A stretch of DNA of 64,000 bases from an uncultured bacterium (lineage in GTDB: Bacteria > Auribacterota > Erginobacteria > Erginobacterales > Erginobacteraceae): assembly GCA_963822585.1 (NCBI GenBank), contig CAWGIE010000019.1, forward strand, positions 288,001 to 352,000, written 5' to 3'. The position numbers and the translations under genes are program-made. Each line of letters starts with the position of its first letter. Position 1 is the stretch's first letter. Of the stretch, positions 45,210 to 55,889 are shown piece by piece. The notes below the pieces were generated by a model that was not told the origin of the DNA, ran no database searches, and saw nothing but the letters and a program-made list of their open reading frames with translations.

Positions 45210-48200
45210 TTATCTTGTCACCGGTAGATCACCGGGAAGCCCGTAATATACCCGGGTAACATCGGGGATGATCCACTCACCGTTGAAGAGGGCCGGATCG
45301 TCGATCAAGTCACCGTCGAAGTCGGCTGCCAGGGGCCGGTCATTATCGTCACCGAAATAGATGCAGCTGACCCCCCGGAGACGCCAGAGGGACGGGCGGG
45401 CGGGACGGAAGACGGCCGCCGTCCAGAGGCTGTCCCCGGCGTATTCCCCGGGGATCGGGATGTCTCCTTCCCGTCCGAAGTAGAAGCGCGAGAAATTCTT
45501 GAGCACCCAGACACCGGTGGCGGGACGGAAGATCCCGATCGAGGCGGTCCCGGAGCCGTCGTAGTAACCGGGTGCGGGGAGGTCGCCGGGTACGCCGAAG
45601 TAGGTCACGGTGACGCCGCGGACCGCCCAGAGAGCGCTCTCCCGGCGGAATAATCCCACATCAGTGGTGGCGTCGCCGTCATAATCGGCGGGGACCGGAA
45701 CGTCCCCGGGCCGGCCGTAGTACACCCGCGAGATGCCCCGGAGAACCCAGAGACTGCTGGCGGGGCGGAAGAGACCGATATCGGCCGTACCGTCGCCGTC
45801 GTAATCGCCGCTGGCCGGGATGTCTCCCGCCACGCCGAAATAGACCCGGGTGACCGTTCGGACTGCCCAAAGTCCCGAGGAGGGACGGAAGATCGCGAAC
45901 TCCGATACGCCGTCGCCGTCGTAGTCCCCGCTGTCCAGAACCGGGAATAACCCGGTATCAGCCGGTGACACGGTTGGGGTGGCGGCGGGCGGAGGCGTCG
46001 TTCCCTCACGTACCTGATCGTCGTCCGCCGCAGGGACGGGGGTGGGAGCGGCGTTATAGTACATCCGCCGGACCTCTGGGGCGGTCAGGGCCCGGTCCCA
46101 GATCGTCACCTCGTCCAGCAGTCCGGAGAAGTGGTTCCGCGCCCCGTCATCCTTATAGTTGTTGGCGCCGAAGTAATACGGCCCCGTCACCACCGCGGTC
46201 GACATCGGCCCGCTGTACTCGAGCCGCCCGTCGAGGTAGATGTTGACCCCTTCCGACGTGTCCCAGGTCACCACTCCGAAGTACCAGGTATCCGCCCCCA
46301 TCCCGCTCTCTCCGGGGAGAATGCCTCCCCCCACGCCGCCGGTGAGCACCCGGTCTCCCTCGAGATCCAGGTGGGCGAGGTACCGGCGACCGGCGGCCGT
46401 CTGGCGCCCCACCATCAGCCGGATGGCGCCTTCGTCGGCGTAGCTGAACCAGGCAGCGATCGAACCGGCGCCCTGATTGTAATCAGCTAAACAGGACGAC
46501 TCCAACCAGGAGGAGCCGTCGAACTCCAGGCAGTAGCTCCCGTACACCCCCGCCTGCCGGTAAGTCACGCCGCCCCCGGAAGCGACGGCGTCGAACCCGT
46601 TCCCGGACTCGTCGGCAAGGACGCCGGAAGGTTCCTCATAGCGCCACCACCCCAGCATCCCCGGCCACTCCTCCCAGACCACGGGGATCGGGGTCGGCAG
46701 CGCGGTGGGGGTCGCCACCGGCGACGGGGTGGGCGCGGCGTTGTAGTACATCTGCATGACCTCCGGGGCGGTCAGGGCCCGGTCCCAGATCGTCACCTCG
46801 TCCAGCAGCCCGGAGAAGTGGTTCCGCGCCCCGTTATCCTTATAGTTGTTGGCGCCGAAGTAATACGGCCCCGTCACCACCGCGGTCGACATCGGCCCGC
46901 TGTACTCGAGCCGCCCGTCGAGGTAGATGTTGACCCCTTCCGACGTGTCCCAGGTCACCACTCCGAAGTACCAGGTATCCGCCCCCATCCCGCTCTCTCC
47001 GGGGAGAATGCCTCCCCCCACGCCGCCGGTGAGCACCCGGTCTCCCTCGAGATCCAGGTGGGCGAGGTACCGGCGACCGGCGGCCGTCTGGCGCCCCACC
47101 ATCAGCCGGATGGCGCCTTCGTCGGCGTAGCTGAACCAGGCAGCGATCGAACCGGCGCCCTGATTGTAATCAGCTAAACAGGACGACTCCAACCAGGAGG
47201 AGCCGTCGAACTCCAGGCAGTAGCTCCCGTACACCCCCGCCTGCCGGTAAGTCACGCCGCCCCCGGAAGCGACGGCGTCGAACCCGTTCCCGGACTCGTC
47301 GGCAAGGACGCCGGAAGGTTCCTCATAGCGCCACCACCCCAGCATCCCCGGCCACTCCTCCCAGACCACGGGGATCGGGGTCGGCAGCGCGGTGGGGGTC
47401 GCCACCGGCGACGGGGTGGGCGCGGCGTTGTAGTACATCTGCATGACCTCCGGGGCGGTCAGGGCCCGGTCCCAGATCGTCACCTCGTCCAGCAGCCCGG
47501 AGAAGTGGTTCCGCGCCCCGTTATCCTTATAGTTGTTGGCGCCGAAGTAATACGGCCCCGTCACCACCGCGGTCGACATCGGCCCGCTGTACTCGAGCCG
47601 CCCGTCGAGGTAGATGTTGACCCCTTCCGACGTGTCCCAGGTCACCACTCCGAAGTACCAGGTATCCGCCCCCATCCCGCTCTCTCCGGGGAGGATGCCT
47701 CCCCCCACGCCGCCGGTGAGCACCCGGTCTCCCTCGAGATCCAGGTGGGCGAGGTACCGGCGACCGGCGGCCGTCTGGCGCCCCACCATCAGCCGGATGG
47801 CGCCTTCGTCGGCGTAGCTGAACCAGGCAGCGATCGAACCGGCGCCCTGATTATAATCAGCTAAACAGGACGACTCCAACCAGGAGGAGCCGTCGAACTC
47901 CAGGCAGTAGCTCCCGTACACCCCCGCCTGCCGGTAAGTCACGCCGCCCCCGGAAGCGACGGCGTCGAACCCGTTCCCGGACTCGTCGGCAAGGACGCCG
48001 GAAGGATCCTCATAGCGCCACCACCCCAGCATCCCCGGCCACTCCTCCCAGATCACGGGGAGGGGGGTAGCAGTCGGCGGGAGAACCGGTGTGGATGACG
48101 GTGCCGGGGTGGGAGTCGGGGTCCCGGTCGGCGGTGATGGTGGCGGGGTCATTGACGGAGAAGCGGTCGGGGACGGGGAGGGGGTGACGGATACTGTCGG

Positions 48201-51200
48201 TGATGGAGAGGGGGAGGGTGTGGTCAGGCAAACGATCGGATAACCGTCATACCGCCAGACCTCTCCGGCATCCTCGGCGATGAAGATGGAGGTGTTCGTT
48301 TCCGGACAGGCAGGCAGCAGCGTCACTCCTTCCTGGGTGTCCCCGGGAAGTACGTAGGCCCCGATAATCGCCCCGTTCGTATCCATCTCCAGTAGAAGTC
48401 CCCAGGAATCGAAAATAGCGTAGAGGATACCGGTCTCGGCGTGATAATGAAGGCCGGAGAGATCGGTCAGGCCCGGGTATGGCTCGATGGTGTCAACAGG
48501 AGAGACCGTACCGGAGTGCGCCAGATCTACGTCGAAGACATAGATCCTGCCGTCGGCCTGGAGGCCGGCGTAAAAGAGGCCTCCGGAGTCTGAGGCCGGG
48601 TACGGGTGATCGCCGTTTGGAACAAACGTCAACGCTTCCAGACCCGAGCCGGGCGCACCGGTCATCCAGGTGGTCAGGTTCCAGCTCTTCCCGGTCAGAG
48701 CCCCGGTGGAGATATCGAACTCCCTGATCGAGTCGGGGTCTTCCACCCCGAGATAAAGATAATCGGATGAGGGATCGGCAACGGCAATTCCTTCCAGATC
48801 GCCGCCCGGCGTCCAGGTCGTCGGACTGGTACCGCTCTGGTCCATCCAGGAGACCCAGCCGTCATCGCTGACCAGGAAAAGAACCCCGAGCCGCTCGTGC
48901 CAGACTGCCCCGCTCGGTTCATAGCCCGAAGGAAGACCGCTCCCGATCTCGGTTCCGCTCCCGGTCGGCCAGGCGGCCGGAATCAGAATCGGCGGGGTGG
49001 GAATCGCCGGCGGCGTCATTGAAGCCGTCGGCACCGGCGACGAGGTCGCGGTCGGGGTGCTGGTCGCTGCAGCGGTCGGCGCCGGGCTGGGCGTGGGTGA
49101 GGCGGCTGAAATCAGACTGACGGCGTCGATAGCATATCCGTCCGAGGGGATGGGATAATTGTCATAGAACTGAAACTTTACCTGAAACCGGCTGTTATAC
49201 GTGAGGCCGGCACTCTGTATCTCTGCGTCGAGGTCGATCGATTCAGCAGCGTAGGAAGTGGTTCCGCCGTTAAAGGAAAGGATCTGGTGCCAGCTCACAC
49301 CGCTGTCGTCGCTGATGAAGACCCCGTCCTCCGGGTGATTCTCGTCGCCGAATTCCCTCCACCGGAAAGAAAGGGTCACGTCGCTTTCCCCGGAGAGATC
49401 AAGATGCAGGACGGCGGCGGCGATCGAGTACTCGGACGCGGAGGTGGAATCGTCAAGAAGGAGGCTGTAGGAGCCTTCCGCGGGATAGCCAGTGGCGACC
49501 CGGACCCGTCCTTCCGCGGTGGTGTAGACGGTCCAGGCGGCCTCCAGGGTGCCGGATTCAAAACCGTCGGCAAAGGGGAGTTCGGCCAGGTAGGCTGAGC
49601 CGCTCTGTTCGGCGATATTGGCGTCCTCGTTGCCCAGCCGGTCGCGGGCGCGGGCGGTGTAAAAATAGACCTCCCCGGCCGCGATCTCTTCATCGGTATA
49701 GGTGAGCAGGGTAGTGGTCCCGATCTCGGCACCGACGGGGAGACCCGCGGTCTGGTCCCGATATACAACATAGGTGATCGGCCCGTTGGGATCGGAGGCT
49801 TCGTTCCAGGCAAGAGTGACCGCATCCGGCCCGCCGACGGCCGCGGCCAGACCGGCAAAGATCGGGGGGGTGCAATCGGCGTCAGCCGTCTCCTGAACGA
49901 CGGCGGGATTTCCCGTGCCGTCGTCTTCATCGTTGTAGAGAGCCGTGATCAGATCTCCGTCGGCAACCTGGAGCTCGCCGTCCCCCGGTGTCGGAGAGGA
50001 AGAAGCGGTGGTGAGGGCACCCATGAAGATGCCGGACCCGGCCGGGTTCTCGGCCAGAATCACCGTCTCGGTGTCACCGCCGGAGGAAGAGACCGTCACC
50101 CCCTGGCTGCCGATCCCCGCCAGATCAAGATCGTAAACGGCGATATCGATCTCATCGGAACAGGAGTAGATGGTGTCATCCAGGTCGATATACCCGACGG
50201 ACCCAACCATCGACATGAACGTCCCTTGATAAGGAATGGTGTTGGGCGCGGTCACCACCAGGTCGTAGTCGCCGGTTTCGCTCGTGACCAAATCGGTGAA
50301 GGTCGCCGACCCGGTGGCGTCCGTCGTCTCCACGCGGTAATCATCGGGAACATCGGACCGGGATACAGTCACTGTCGCTCCCTCCAGAGGACTTCCGCCG
50401 TATTCCACGGTAACGTCAAAATCAAGCGGAATCCCCAGAGAAACCAGGGCAGCGTGGGATACGGAAAGGGCCCGCGGCATCTCGGTCCTGATCATCATCG
50501 CCGGATCACCGAACCAGTGGAAGATCTCGAACTCCACCTTCCGTGTGGTGGTGGCCGAATAGGTGGTCGCGTAGTACGCCTTACCGTAATTCAGGACATC
50601 GCCCATCCGGTAGGCGGGGTTGGCGACGCCATAGCTGCCGACGAAATCCGGCCAGATGGCGTCGATCCAGCCCCAGAAAAGCCGGTCGTTGTGCCCGCTG
50701 TAACTGACCCGGGTGGCGGCGATCACGCCCGCCGCCCCGCCGGAAGGATTACGCTCCCAGGCTTCGCTGAAGGAGATGGTGGAACTGGGACTCTGGCAGG
50801 TCTCCTTGTCGAAGAAGCCCGTCAGGCAGTTGACGCTCCAGACGACGGGAAGTTTGTCTCCGTTGGTCAGGGCCGAGACGTTCGAAGCGGAGTAACTGGG
50901 CGATCCCCACCCGGTGGCCGAACCGTGGTCGCGGTGGGTGACCAGGAAGCGGCCGTCGTTGACGGCGGCCGAGATGTCTGCGGCCGTGGCGTCCCAGGCG
51001 AAACCGGGCTTCTCCAGGTAGGAGGGGATGGGATCGCCCGCGTCCCCGGCCGGACCGCCGCTGAACCAGGTGGTTGACCAATAGAGGGGGGTGACCGTGG
51101 AACCGGTGTAGTAAAAGCGTTCCACCGAATAATCACCGAGATAGGAGGGATCGGAGAGGTAGATGGCCAGGTCCTCCGAGGTCTGGGCGAAGCGCCGCTC

Positions 51201-52448
51201 GGCGTATCCGGCGCCGGCGTGCTGGAAGTAGGCGCAGATGGCGGCGGTAGCGTAAAAAGAGCTGTCGGTTACCGGATCCGTTTCATATGCGATAATGTCG
51301 TTCACCCTTTTCGCCGCCTCTTCCGCGGTGTCCACTGAGAGACGGCCGGTGATGATGTCCGGGAAGTAATCGCTCCCGTCGAGAGTGGCGTAATAGAGGT
51401 CGGTCCCGATCAGATCGCCGCTGTAGGGATGAACCGTCTCGTAATTGGTGGGCACGAACTCCGCGTCACCGATGAAGAGGACATAGGTGGGGGCGGGATC
51501 CCAGGTATCGTAAGCATCCTGAAGGTACGCCAGGATTTCGGCGGAAGTGCTCCCGGTCTCCGAAGTCGTCGCCACATAGGTCAGAAAACCCGCTTTTCTC
51601 TCCCAGGCGGCCATCGTCTCCGCGGCTTCCGAGAAATTGGGATGAGTGATGATCAGGTAATCGCAGGCTCCAGACGCCCCCGACCCGCGCGGTTCCCCGA
51701 CTCCGGCACCGGCTTCGGCATCTTCTGTCTCTTCCCCTGTAAGCACTGCCTCCGCGTTGACAGCGAGGCGGCCGAGAAGCCTGTTGAACGACCGGCTCTG
51801 CAGCCGCGCGGGGACATGACGACTCGATCCTTCAAAGCGAACCGTTACCCGAAGATCGGGATAGACCTGCAGGCGTTTCCGGGCCGGGTTATACCGGTAG
51901 GGGTAAAGCCAGAGGATGGAACTTTCCTGCCCCCTGATCCTGGCGATCGGCTCCAGGACGGCGAAATCGGCCGGGAAGTACTGGTCTCTTTCATACATAT
52001 CAGCGTCTTTCGTGAACGGGGGGCGTTCGCCGTCGGGGGCCGGTGGCTGGAGAGGAGCGACCTCAATGCCCTCGAAGACGCGGGGCTTCCCCGGAACAAC
52101 TTCGATGACGGGGGTGGTACCGTTCGGGATCAGGATTGTCGTACCGAAGACCGGGAGATCGGGACGGCCGACCTCATGAGAACCGGCACCGGGGGCATTG
52201 ATCAGCGCGTAGGTCCGGCCGTCTTCCATCTCCTGCTCGGCCAGGAAAAAACCGGGAAGAGTGATCTCGAGTGTGACGGCGGCGGCCGTCGACTTGACCG
52301 GCAGAGTCCGGCTTATTTCCTCTAATTTTGTTCTTCGGCCGGCTGTCCCGGCGGACAAACCGACCCAGCGGGGGGCGGACATGCCGTATGCGGGAATCAG
52401 GGCCGCCAGAAAGAAGCCGACCGTTGCCATCAATATAATCTTTTTCAT
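45210..52448 (-). CDS. Large secreted C25 (gingipain-like) cysteine peptidase with Ig/Fn3-like, beta-propeller-like, 3x LamG and C-terminal DYDGDG repeats
   Basis: Signal peptide, propeptide, YVLFIGD, TDLYYA, GRLS, catalytic-type HGS and NCLTG, FGDP; Pro/Thr linkers; GLLDEVTIWDRALT (LamG). Confidence 0.88.
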   Translation of the reverse strand: MKKIILMATVGFFLAALIPAYGMSAPRWVGLSAGTAGRRTKLEEISRTLPVKSTAAAVTLEITLPGFFLAEQEMEDGRTYALINAPGAGSHEVGRPDLPVFGTTILIPNGTTPVIEVVPGKPRVFEGIEVAPLQPPAPDGERPPFTKDADMYERDQYFPADFAVLEPIARIRGQESSILWLYPYRYNPARKRLQVYPDLRVTVRFEGSSRHVPARLQSRSFNRLLGRLAVNAEAVLTGEETEDAEAGAGVGEPRGSGASGACDYLIITHPNFSEAAETMAAWERKAGFLTYVATTSETGSTSAEILAYLQDAYDTWDPAPTYVLFIGDAEFVPTNYETVHPYSGDLIGTDLYYATLDGSDYFPDIITGRLSVDTAEEAAKRVNDIIAYETDPVTDSSFYATAAICAYFQHAGAGYAERRFAQTSEDLAIYLSDPSYLGDYSVERFYYTGSTVTPLYWSTTWFSGGPAGDAGDPIPSYLEKPGFAWDATAADISAAVNDGRFLVTHRDHGSATGWGSPSYSASNVSALTNGDKLPVVWSVNCLTGFFDKETCQSPSSTISFSEAWERNPSGGAAGVIAATRVSYSGHNDRLFWGWIDAIWPDFVGSYGVANPAYRMGDVLNYGKAYYATTYSATTTRKVEFEIFHWFGDPAMMIRTEMPRALSVSHAALVSLGIPLDFDVTVEYGGSPLEGATVTVSRSDVPDDYRVETTDATGSATFTDLVTSETGDYDLVVTAPNTIPYQGTFMSMVGSVGYIDLDDTIYSCSDEIDIAVYDLDLAGIGSQGVTVSSSGGDTETVILAENPAGSGIFMGALTTASSSPTPGDGELQVADGDLITALYNDEDDGTGNPAVVQETADADCTPPIFAGLAAAVGGPDAVTLAWNEASDPNGPITYVVYRDQTAGLPVGAEIGTTTLLTYTDEEIAAGEVYFYTARARDRLGNEDANIAEQSGSAYLAELPFADGFESGTLEAAWTVYTTAEGRVRVATGYPAEGSYSLLLDDSTSASEYSIAAAVLHLDLSGESDVTLSFRWREFGDENHPEDGVFISDDSGVSWHQILSFNGGTTSYAAESIDLDAEIQSAGLTYNSRFQVKFQFYDNYPIPSDGYAIDAVSLISAASPTPSPAPTAAATSTPTATSSPVPTASMTPPAIPTPPILIPAAWPTGSGTEIGSGLPSGYEPSGAVWHERLGVLFLVSDDGWVSWMDQSGTSPTTWTPGGDLEGIAVADPSSDYLYLGVEDPDSIREFDISTGALTGKSWNLTTWMTGAPGSGLEALTFVPNGDHPYPASDSGGLFYAGLQADGRIYVFDVDLAHSGTVSPVDTIEPYPGLTDLSGLHYHAETGILYAIFDSWGLLLEMDTNGAIIGAYVLPGDTQEGVTLLPACPETNTSIFIAEDAGEVWRYDGYPIVCLTTPSPSPSPTVSVTPSPSPTASPSMTPPPSPPTGTPTPTPAPSSTPVLPPTATPLPVIWEEWPGMLGWWRYEDPSGVLADESGNGFDAVASGGGVTYRQAGVYGSYCLEFDGSSWLESSCLADYNQGAGSIAAWFSYADEGAIRLMVGRQTAAGRRYLAHLDLEGDRVLTGGVGGGILPGESGMGADTWYFGVVTWDTSEGVNIYLDGRLEYSGPMSTAVVTGPYYFGANNYKDNGARNHFSGLLDEVTIWDRALTAPEVMQMYYNAAPTPSPVATPTALPTPIPVVWEEWPGMLGWWRYEEPSGVLADESGNGFDAVASGGGVTYRQAGVYGSYCLEFDGSSWLESSCLADYNQGAGSIAAWFSYADEGAIRLMVGRQTAAGRRYLAHLDLEGDRVLTGGVGGGILPGESGMGADTWYFGVVTWDTSEGVNIYLDGRLEYSGPMSTAVVTGPYYFGANNYKDNGARNHFSGLLDEVTIWDRALTAPEVMQMYYNAAPTPSPVATPTALPTPIPVVWEEWPGMLGWWRYEEPSGVLADESGNGFDAVASGGGVTYRQAGVYGSYCLEFDGSSWLESSCLADYNQGAGSIAAWFSYADEGAIRLMVGRQTAAGRRYLAHLDLEGDRVLTGGVGGGILPGESGMGADTWYFGVVTWDTSEGVNIYLDGRLEYSGPMSTAVVTGPYYFGANNYKDDGARNHFSGLLDEVTIWDRALTAPEVRRMYYNAAPTPVPAADDDQVREGTTPPPAATPTVSPADTGLFPVLDSGDYDGDGVSEFAIFRPSSGLWAVRTVTRVYFGVAGDIPASGDYDGDGTADIGLFRPASSLWVLRGISRVYYGRPGDVPVPADYDGDATTDVGLFRRESALWAVRGVTVTYFGVPGDLPAPGYYDGSGTASIGIFRPATGVWVLKNFSRFYFGREGDIPIPGEYAGDSLWTAAVFRPARPSLWRLRGVSCIYFGDDNDRPLAADFDGDLIDDPALFNGEWIIPDVTRVYYGLPGDLPVTR
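46040..48058. repeat. About three tandem 687-bp near-identical LamG-coding repeats
   Basis: Shadow ORFs recur at 46131, 46818 and 47505 (period 687). Confidence 0.95.
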
Positions 52449-53158
52449 CTCTCCATGATCCTCTCTTTAACTGCCTATCAATATACCCCGGTATTTATCG
52501 ATTCAGCAGGATGTCTTCCGATAACCGGTTAAAAACTCTGCCCCACCACCGGCGCATCACCGTCCTGACCGCAAAGCTGTTTGAAGTTACGAACCACCGG
52601 AGACGGATCTTCCTCATACTGAAGGTGATGCAGCCGACTACCTTATCGGTATGCATAAATAATGCCATCTCTGTTTTCGGGAAAAACATATTTATATTTA
52701 CTTACAAAACAATGGATTATGACAAATGTCCTCTCCCGGGTTCATGCCCCGGTGTTGCCTTTTAGCAACACAGCAAACCGATTGATTGCTGTACTGCAAC
52801 ACGAGGGAGTAAACCAGTGTTTCATTTTGCGACAGCCATATCCCGGATTGTTCGTGAAAATGTTCGATTTTCATGAATAATTCGGAGTAACCCGATGAAG
52901 GGTACATCGGGTATTTGGTTGTATTTCTTCAGGAGACCTGATATGAAAATCACTGGTTCCATAATTTTCAGCCAGAGGCTCTCCGCCCGTTGCGGAGTCC
53001 GTTTCAGAGATGCGCCTCCGGCGTACAATAAAGCGATAAAAATTACCCTTCTGGCGTTACTCGCCGGGTTAGTGCCAATCCAATAATCGTGTTCAATCTC
53101 AATTCATTGCAGAGAAAACGATTACCTAAATTAGAGAGCGCATCTCACCAATGATAAG

Positions 53159-53788
53159 ATGATGAGAGCCCCGAGTATAGTTTCGGTCGCCGCCCTGCTC
53201 TGTGCAATCTTTCTGACCGGATGCGCCGCGGCGCCGCCCCGGAACCTTGATGACATTTGTTCCATCTTCAGGGAGAAGCCGGCATGGTACCGGGAAGCCA
53301 AGGATTCATACCGTAAATGGAGGGTGCCGATCTCGGTCATGATGGCCATTATCTACCAGGAGTCCCGGTTCCAGGCCGATGTCCGCCCCCCCCGGACCAA
53401 ACTGCTGGGATTTATCCCCTGGACGCGCCCTTCGACATCCTATGGATATGCCCAGGCACTGGAAACAACCTGGAACATTTACATGCAGAACACCGGGAAT
53501 CGGGGCGCCGACCGGGACGACTTCGGAGACGTGATGGACTTTATCGGCTGGTACTGCGATCGGAGCCACCGCAAGTGTTACATATCCAAACAGGATGCCT
53601 ATAACCTCTACCTGGCCTACCATGAGGGGCAGGACGGGTTCAACGCTCGGACCTACCGGGGGAAGGGATGGCTCATCAACGTTGCCCGGGAAGTGAAAAA
53701 TCGGGCGGTTCTCTATAGCGCCCAGTTAAGCGGCTGCCGGCAAGAATTGGACAGGCAGAAGAGGAAAAGATTTCTCGGGATATTTTAA
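53159..53788 (+). CDS. SLT-like lytic transglycosylase lipoprotein
   Basis: Lipobox LTGC; AIIYQESRF, YGYAQA and YLAYHEG. Confidence 0.85.
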   Translation: MMRAPSIVSVAALLCAIFLTGCAAAPPRNLDDICSIFREKPAWYREAKDSYRKWRVPISVMMAIIYQESRFQADVRPPRTKLLGFIPWTRPSTSYGYAQALETTWNIYMQNTGNRGADRDDFGDVMDFIGWYCDRSHRKCYISKQDAYNLYLAYHEGQDGFNARTYRGKGWLINVAREVKNRAVLYSAQLSGCRQELDRQKRKRFLGIF

Positions 53789-53838
53789 TGGGGCATTCGG
53801 CCACATGAAATAGGACGTAACACTCGGGCAACTTATTT

Positions 53839-53907
53839 AACCGCGGATTGTGCGGATTATGCTGATGGAAGAAAAAACAATCCGCTTAATCCGTCTAATC
53901 CGCGGTT
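53839..53907. repeat. 9-mer inverted-repeat cassette (AACCGCGGATT...AATCCGCGGTT)
   Basis: Read directly; lies between convergent genes. Confidence 0.75.
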
Positions 53908-53929
53908 ATTGAAACCCCGTAGCGGAAAT

Positions 53930-55339
53930 CTATATCTCCAGCTCGACCAACTGTCCCTGCTCGACCGCGAATTCGGGTACCAGTTCTGTTAACGTGTGCC
54001 CGTGCTCTGTCTGGCGGAGGCTGAAACTGTATTTCCCGGGGGCGCAGGGGGCCGGACCCCATTGTTCTTTGACCCACACCTCGGAGCCGGTGGCATTTTT
54101 CGGTTTCAGAACCCAGTTATAGGGCGCCCGTACGCCGGGGGAAGCGGGAACCAGGACCACCCCGGTATTGACGTCGAACTCGGTGACTTTTCCCTTTTCG
54201 ATAACAATCTTCTCGGCCAGCCGAACGTCATTATTGTCGTGTTCCGTCTGACGGTACCAGAGTTCGAAGATGCCGGGAGGGGAGAGTACGGGATCCCAGT
54301 TTCCCCCGACCGTGATCACGGCCTCACCGGTCTTCGGATCCTTCAGGTACCAGTGCCGCGGCGGCTCTTTGATCCAGCTTGCCGGGACAAGGTTGATCCC
54401 GGTGTTCAGCTGAAAAACGGTCGCCTCTCCCGGCTTGATGACGACTGCGTCGGAGAGAATGACGTCGCTGGTCCCATGTTCCGTCTGGTCCCAGACCAGC
54501 CGGTAGGTGCCGGGGGGGACCATGAGTTCATCAAAAGTGCCTCCGCCGCTGGCGGCAACTTTCCCGTCCTCCACCGACTCCAGCCGGAACTGGTAGGGAG
54601 CCCCGGGAATCCAGCTTGCCGGCTCAAAGCGGAGCTTGCCCACGCCGCCGACTTTTATCCGGACCGATGAAGACTCCGTCTTCAGCACTTGTTCCTGGAC
54701 ATCGGTAAGTGCCTTATTGAGCTCACCGGCGGAATCGGCGCTGAAATACGTACCCCCCGAGGCCTGGGCGATGCACTCCAGCTGGGCACGCTCCTCCGGC
54801 TTGATGTCAAACCCGACCACGTGTATTTTAACCTTGATGCCGGCTTCATGCAGTTCTCTGGCCACGGCACAGGGATCGCCCCCGCAGGTTTCCTTCCCGT
54901 CGCTGATCAGGATAATGATATTATCGTTCCCCTCGCCGGGTGGGAAATCGTTCTCCGCCTGCTGGAGGGAATAGGCGATCGGCGTCCAGCCCCGGGCGGT
55001 GATCCCGGCAATACGTTCTTTGATGCCTTTGGTATCGACGCCTTTCACCGGTATTTCCAGGGTTGTATCCCGGCAGCGCGTCTCCGGGCTGTCCCCCGAT
55101 ACTGTGCTGTGTCCGTAGACGCGAAGACCGACGTTGAGTTCAATCTCCGCGGAACCCGGAGGGAGCTGCTCCACCAGCTCGGAGAGAGTTTTTTTCGCGA
55201 TATCGATCTTCATCTCGCCCTGGATCTGCTCCAGCATGCTTCCCGACGCGTCAAGGATATACTCGATATTAACCGTTTTGCCCGCCGCCGCCGGAACGAG
55301 AAGGACCATTCCAATAACCAGAAATAGCGTCTTTTTCAT
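53930..55339 (-). CDS. Secreted VWA domain protein with three repeated beta-rich C-terminal modules
   Basis: MIDAS DASGSM, TPIA, SDGKETCGGDPC; QTEH repeated three times. Confidence 0.88.
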   Translation of the reverse strand: MKKTLFLVIGMVLLVPAAAGKTVNIEYILDASGSMLEQIQGEMKIDIAKKTLSELVEQLPPGSAEIELNVGLRVYGHSTVSGDSPETRCRDTTLEIPVKGVDTKGIKERIAGITARGWTPIAYSLQQAENDFPPGEGNDNIIILISDGKETCGGDPCAVARELHEAGIKVKIHVVGFDIKPEERAQLECIAQASGGTYFSADSAGELNKALTDVQEQVLKTESSSVRIKVGGVGKLRFEPASWIPGAPYQFRLESVEDGKVAASGGGTFDELMVPPGTYRLVWDQTEHGTSDVILSDAVVIKPGEATVFQLNTGINLVPASWIKEPPRHWYLKDPKTGEAVITVGGNWDPVLSPPGIFELWYRQTEHDNNDVRLAEKIVIEKGKVTEFDVNTGVVLVPASPGVRAPYNWVLKPKNATGSEVWVKEQWGPAPCAPGKYSFSLRQTEHGHTLTELVPEFAVEQGQLVELEI

Positions 55340-55889
55340 AGCCAGACTCCTTGAGCACGGTTCAATCATAAAATTTTTACAGAGTAAAAATTTTATCACC
55401 AGACATCCTGAACTTCTGCCTCCGGTACGTCCTGGGCGGTTCTCCCCGTCATCCCGACATTCGCGTTGACCAGGTAAATGGCCGCGGCCGTGAAGATGAA
55501 GAAACCGATCAGGATTGCCCAGAGTACTGCTTTTGAAATGATCATTGTTCGCCTCCGATTTTTACCTGTGCATAGAAAACAACCCTTCTTTGTTTGAACA
55601 TTCAGTCTATCATTCCAGTCTATGGAAGTAAACAATCTATCTCATGATCAGTGATACCGCAAAATCCCGCTTCTGCCCTCTTCCCCTCGTGGAAGATATT
55701 CAAGCGATATTTCCATTTGACGGTGCTCATGAGACGTGATAAAGAATATTGTCCTATATGAATGAAATGGAATAACAACCCCGAAGGAGACGTCGATCTC
55801 CCTCTTCGGGGGCCAATTGCCAACCGACGCCCGTGAGGTCATCTACCGTTGCGAGCGCATATACAAATGAGAAAGGAGAGAGGATAAGT

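Noticed and set aside
42840..48058. Diversity-generating retroelement (RT next to near-identical repeats)
   Set aside because: The RT lies inside a group II ribozyme with domains V and VI. The repeats are in-frame tandem coding units, with no separate template repeat or adenine-specific variable region.
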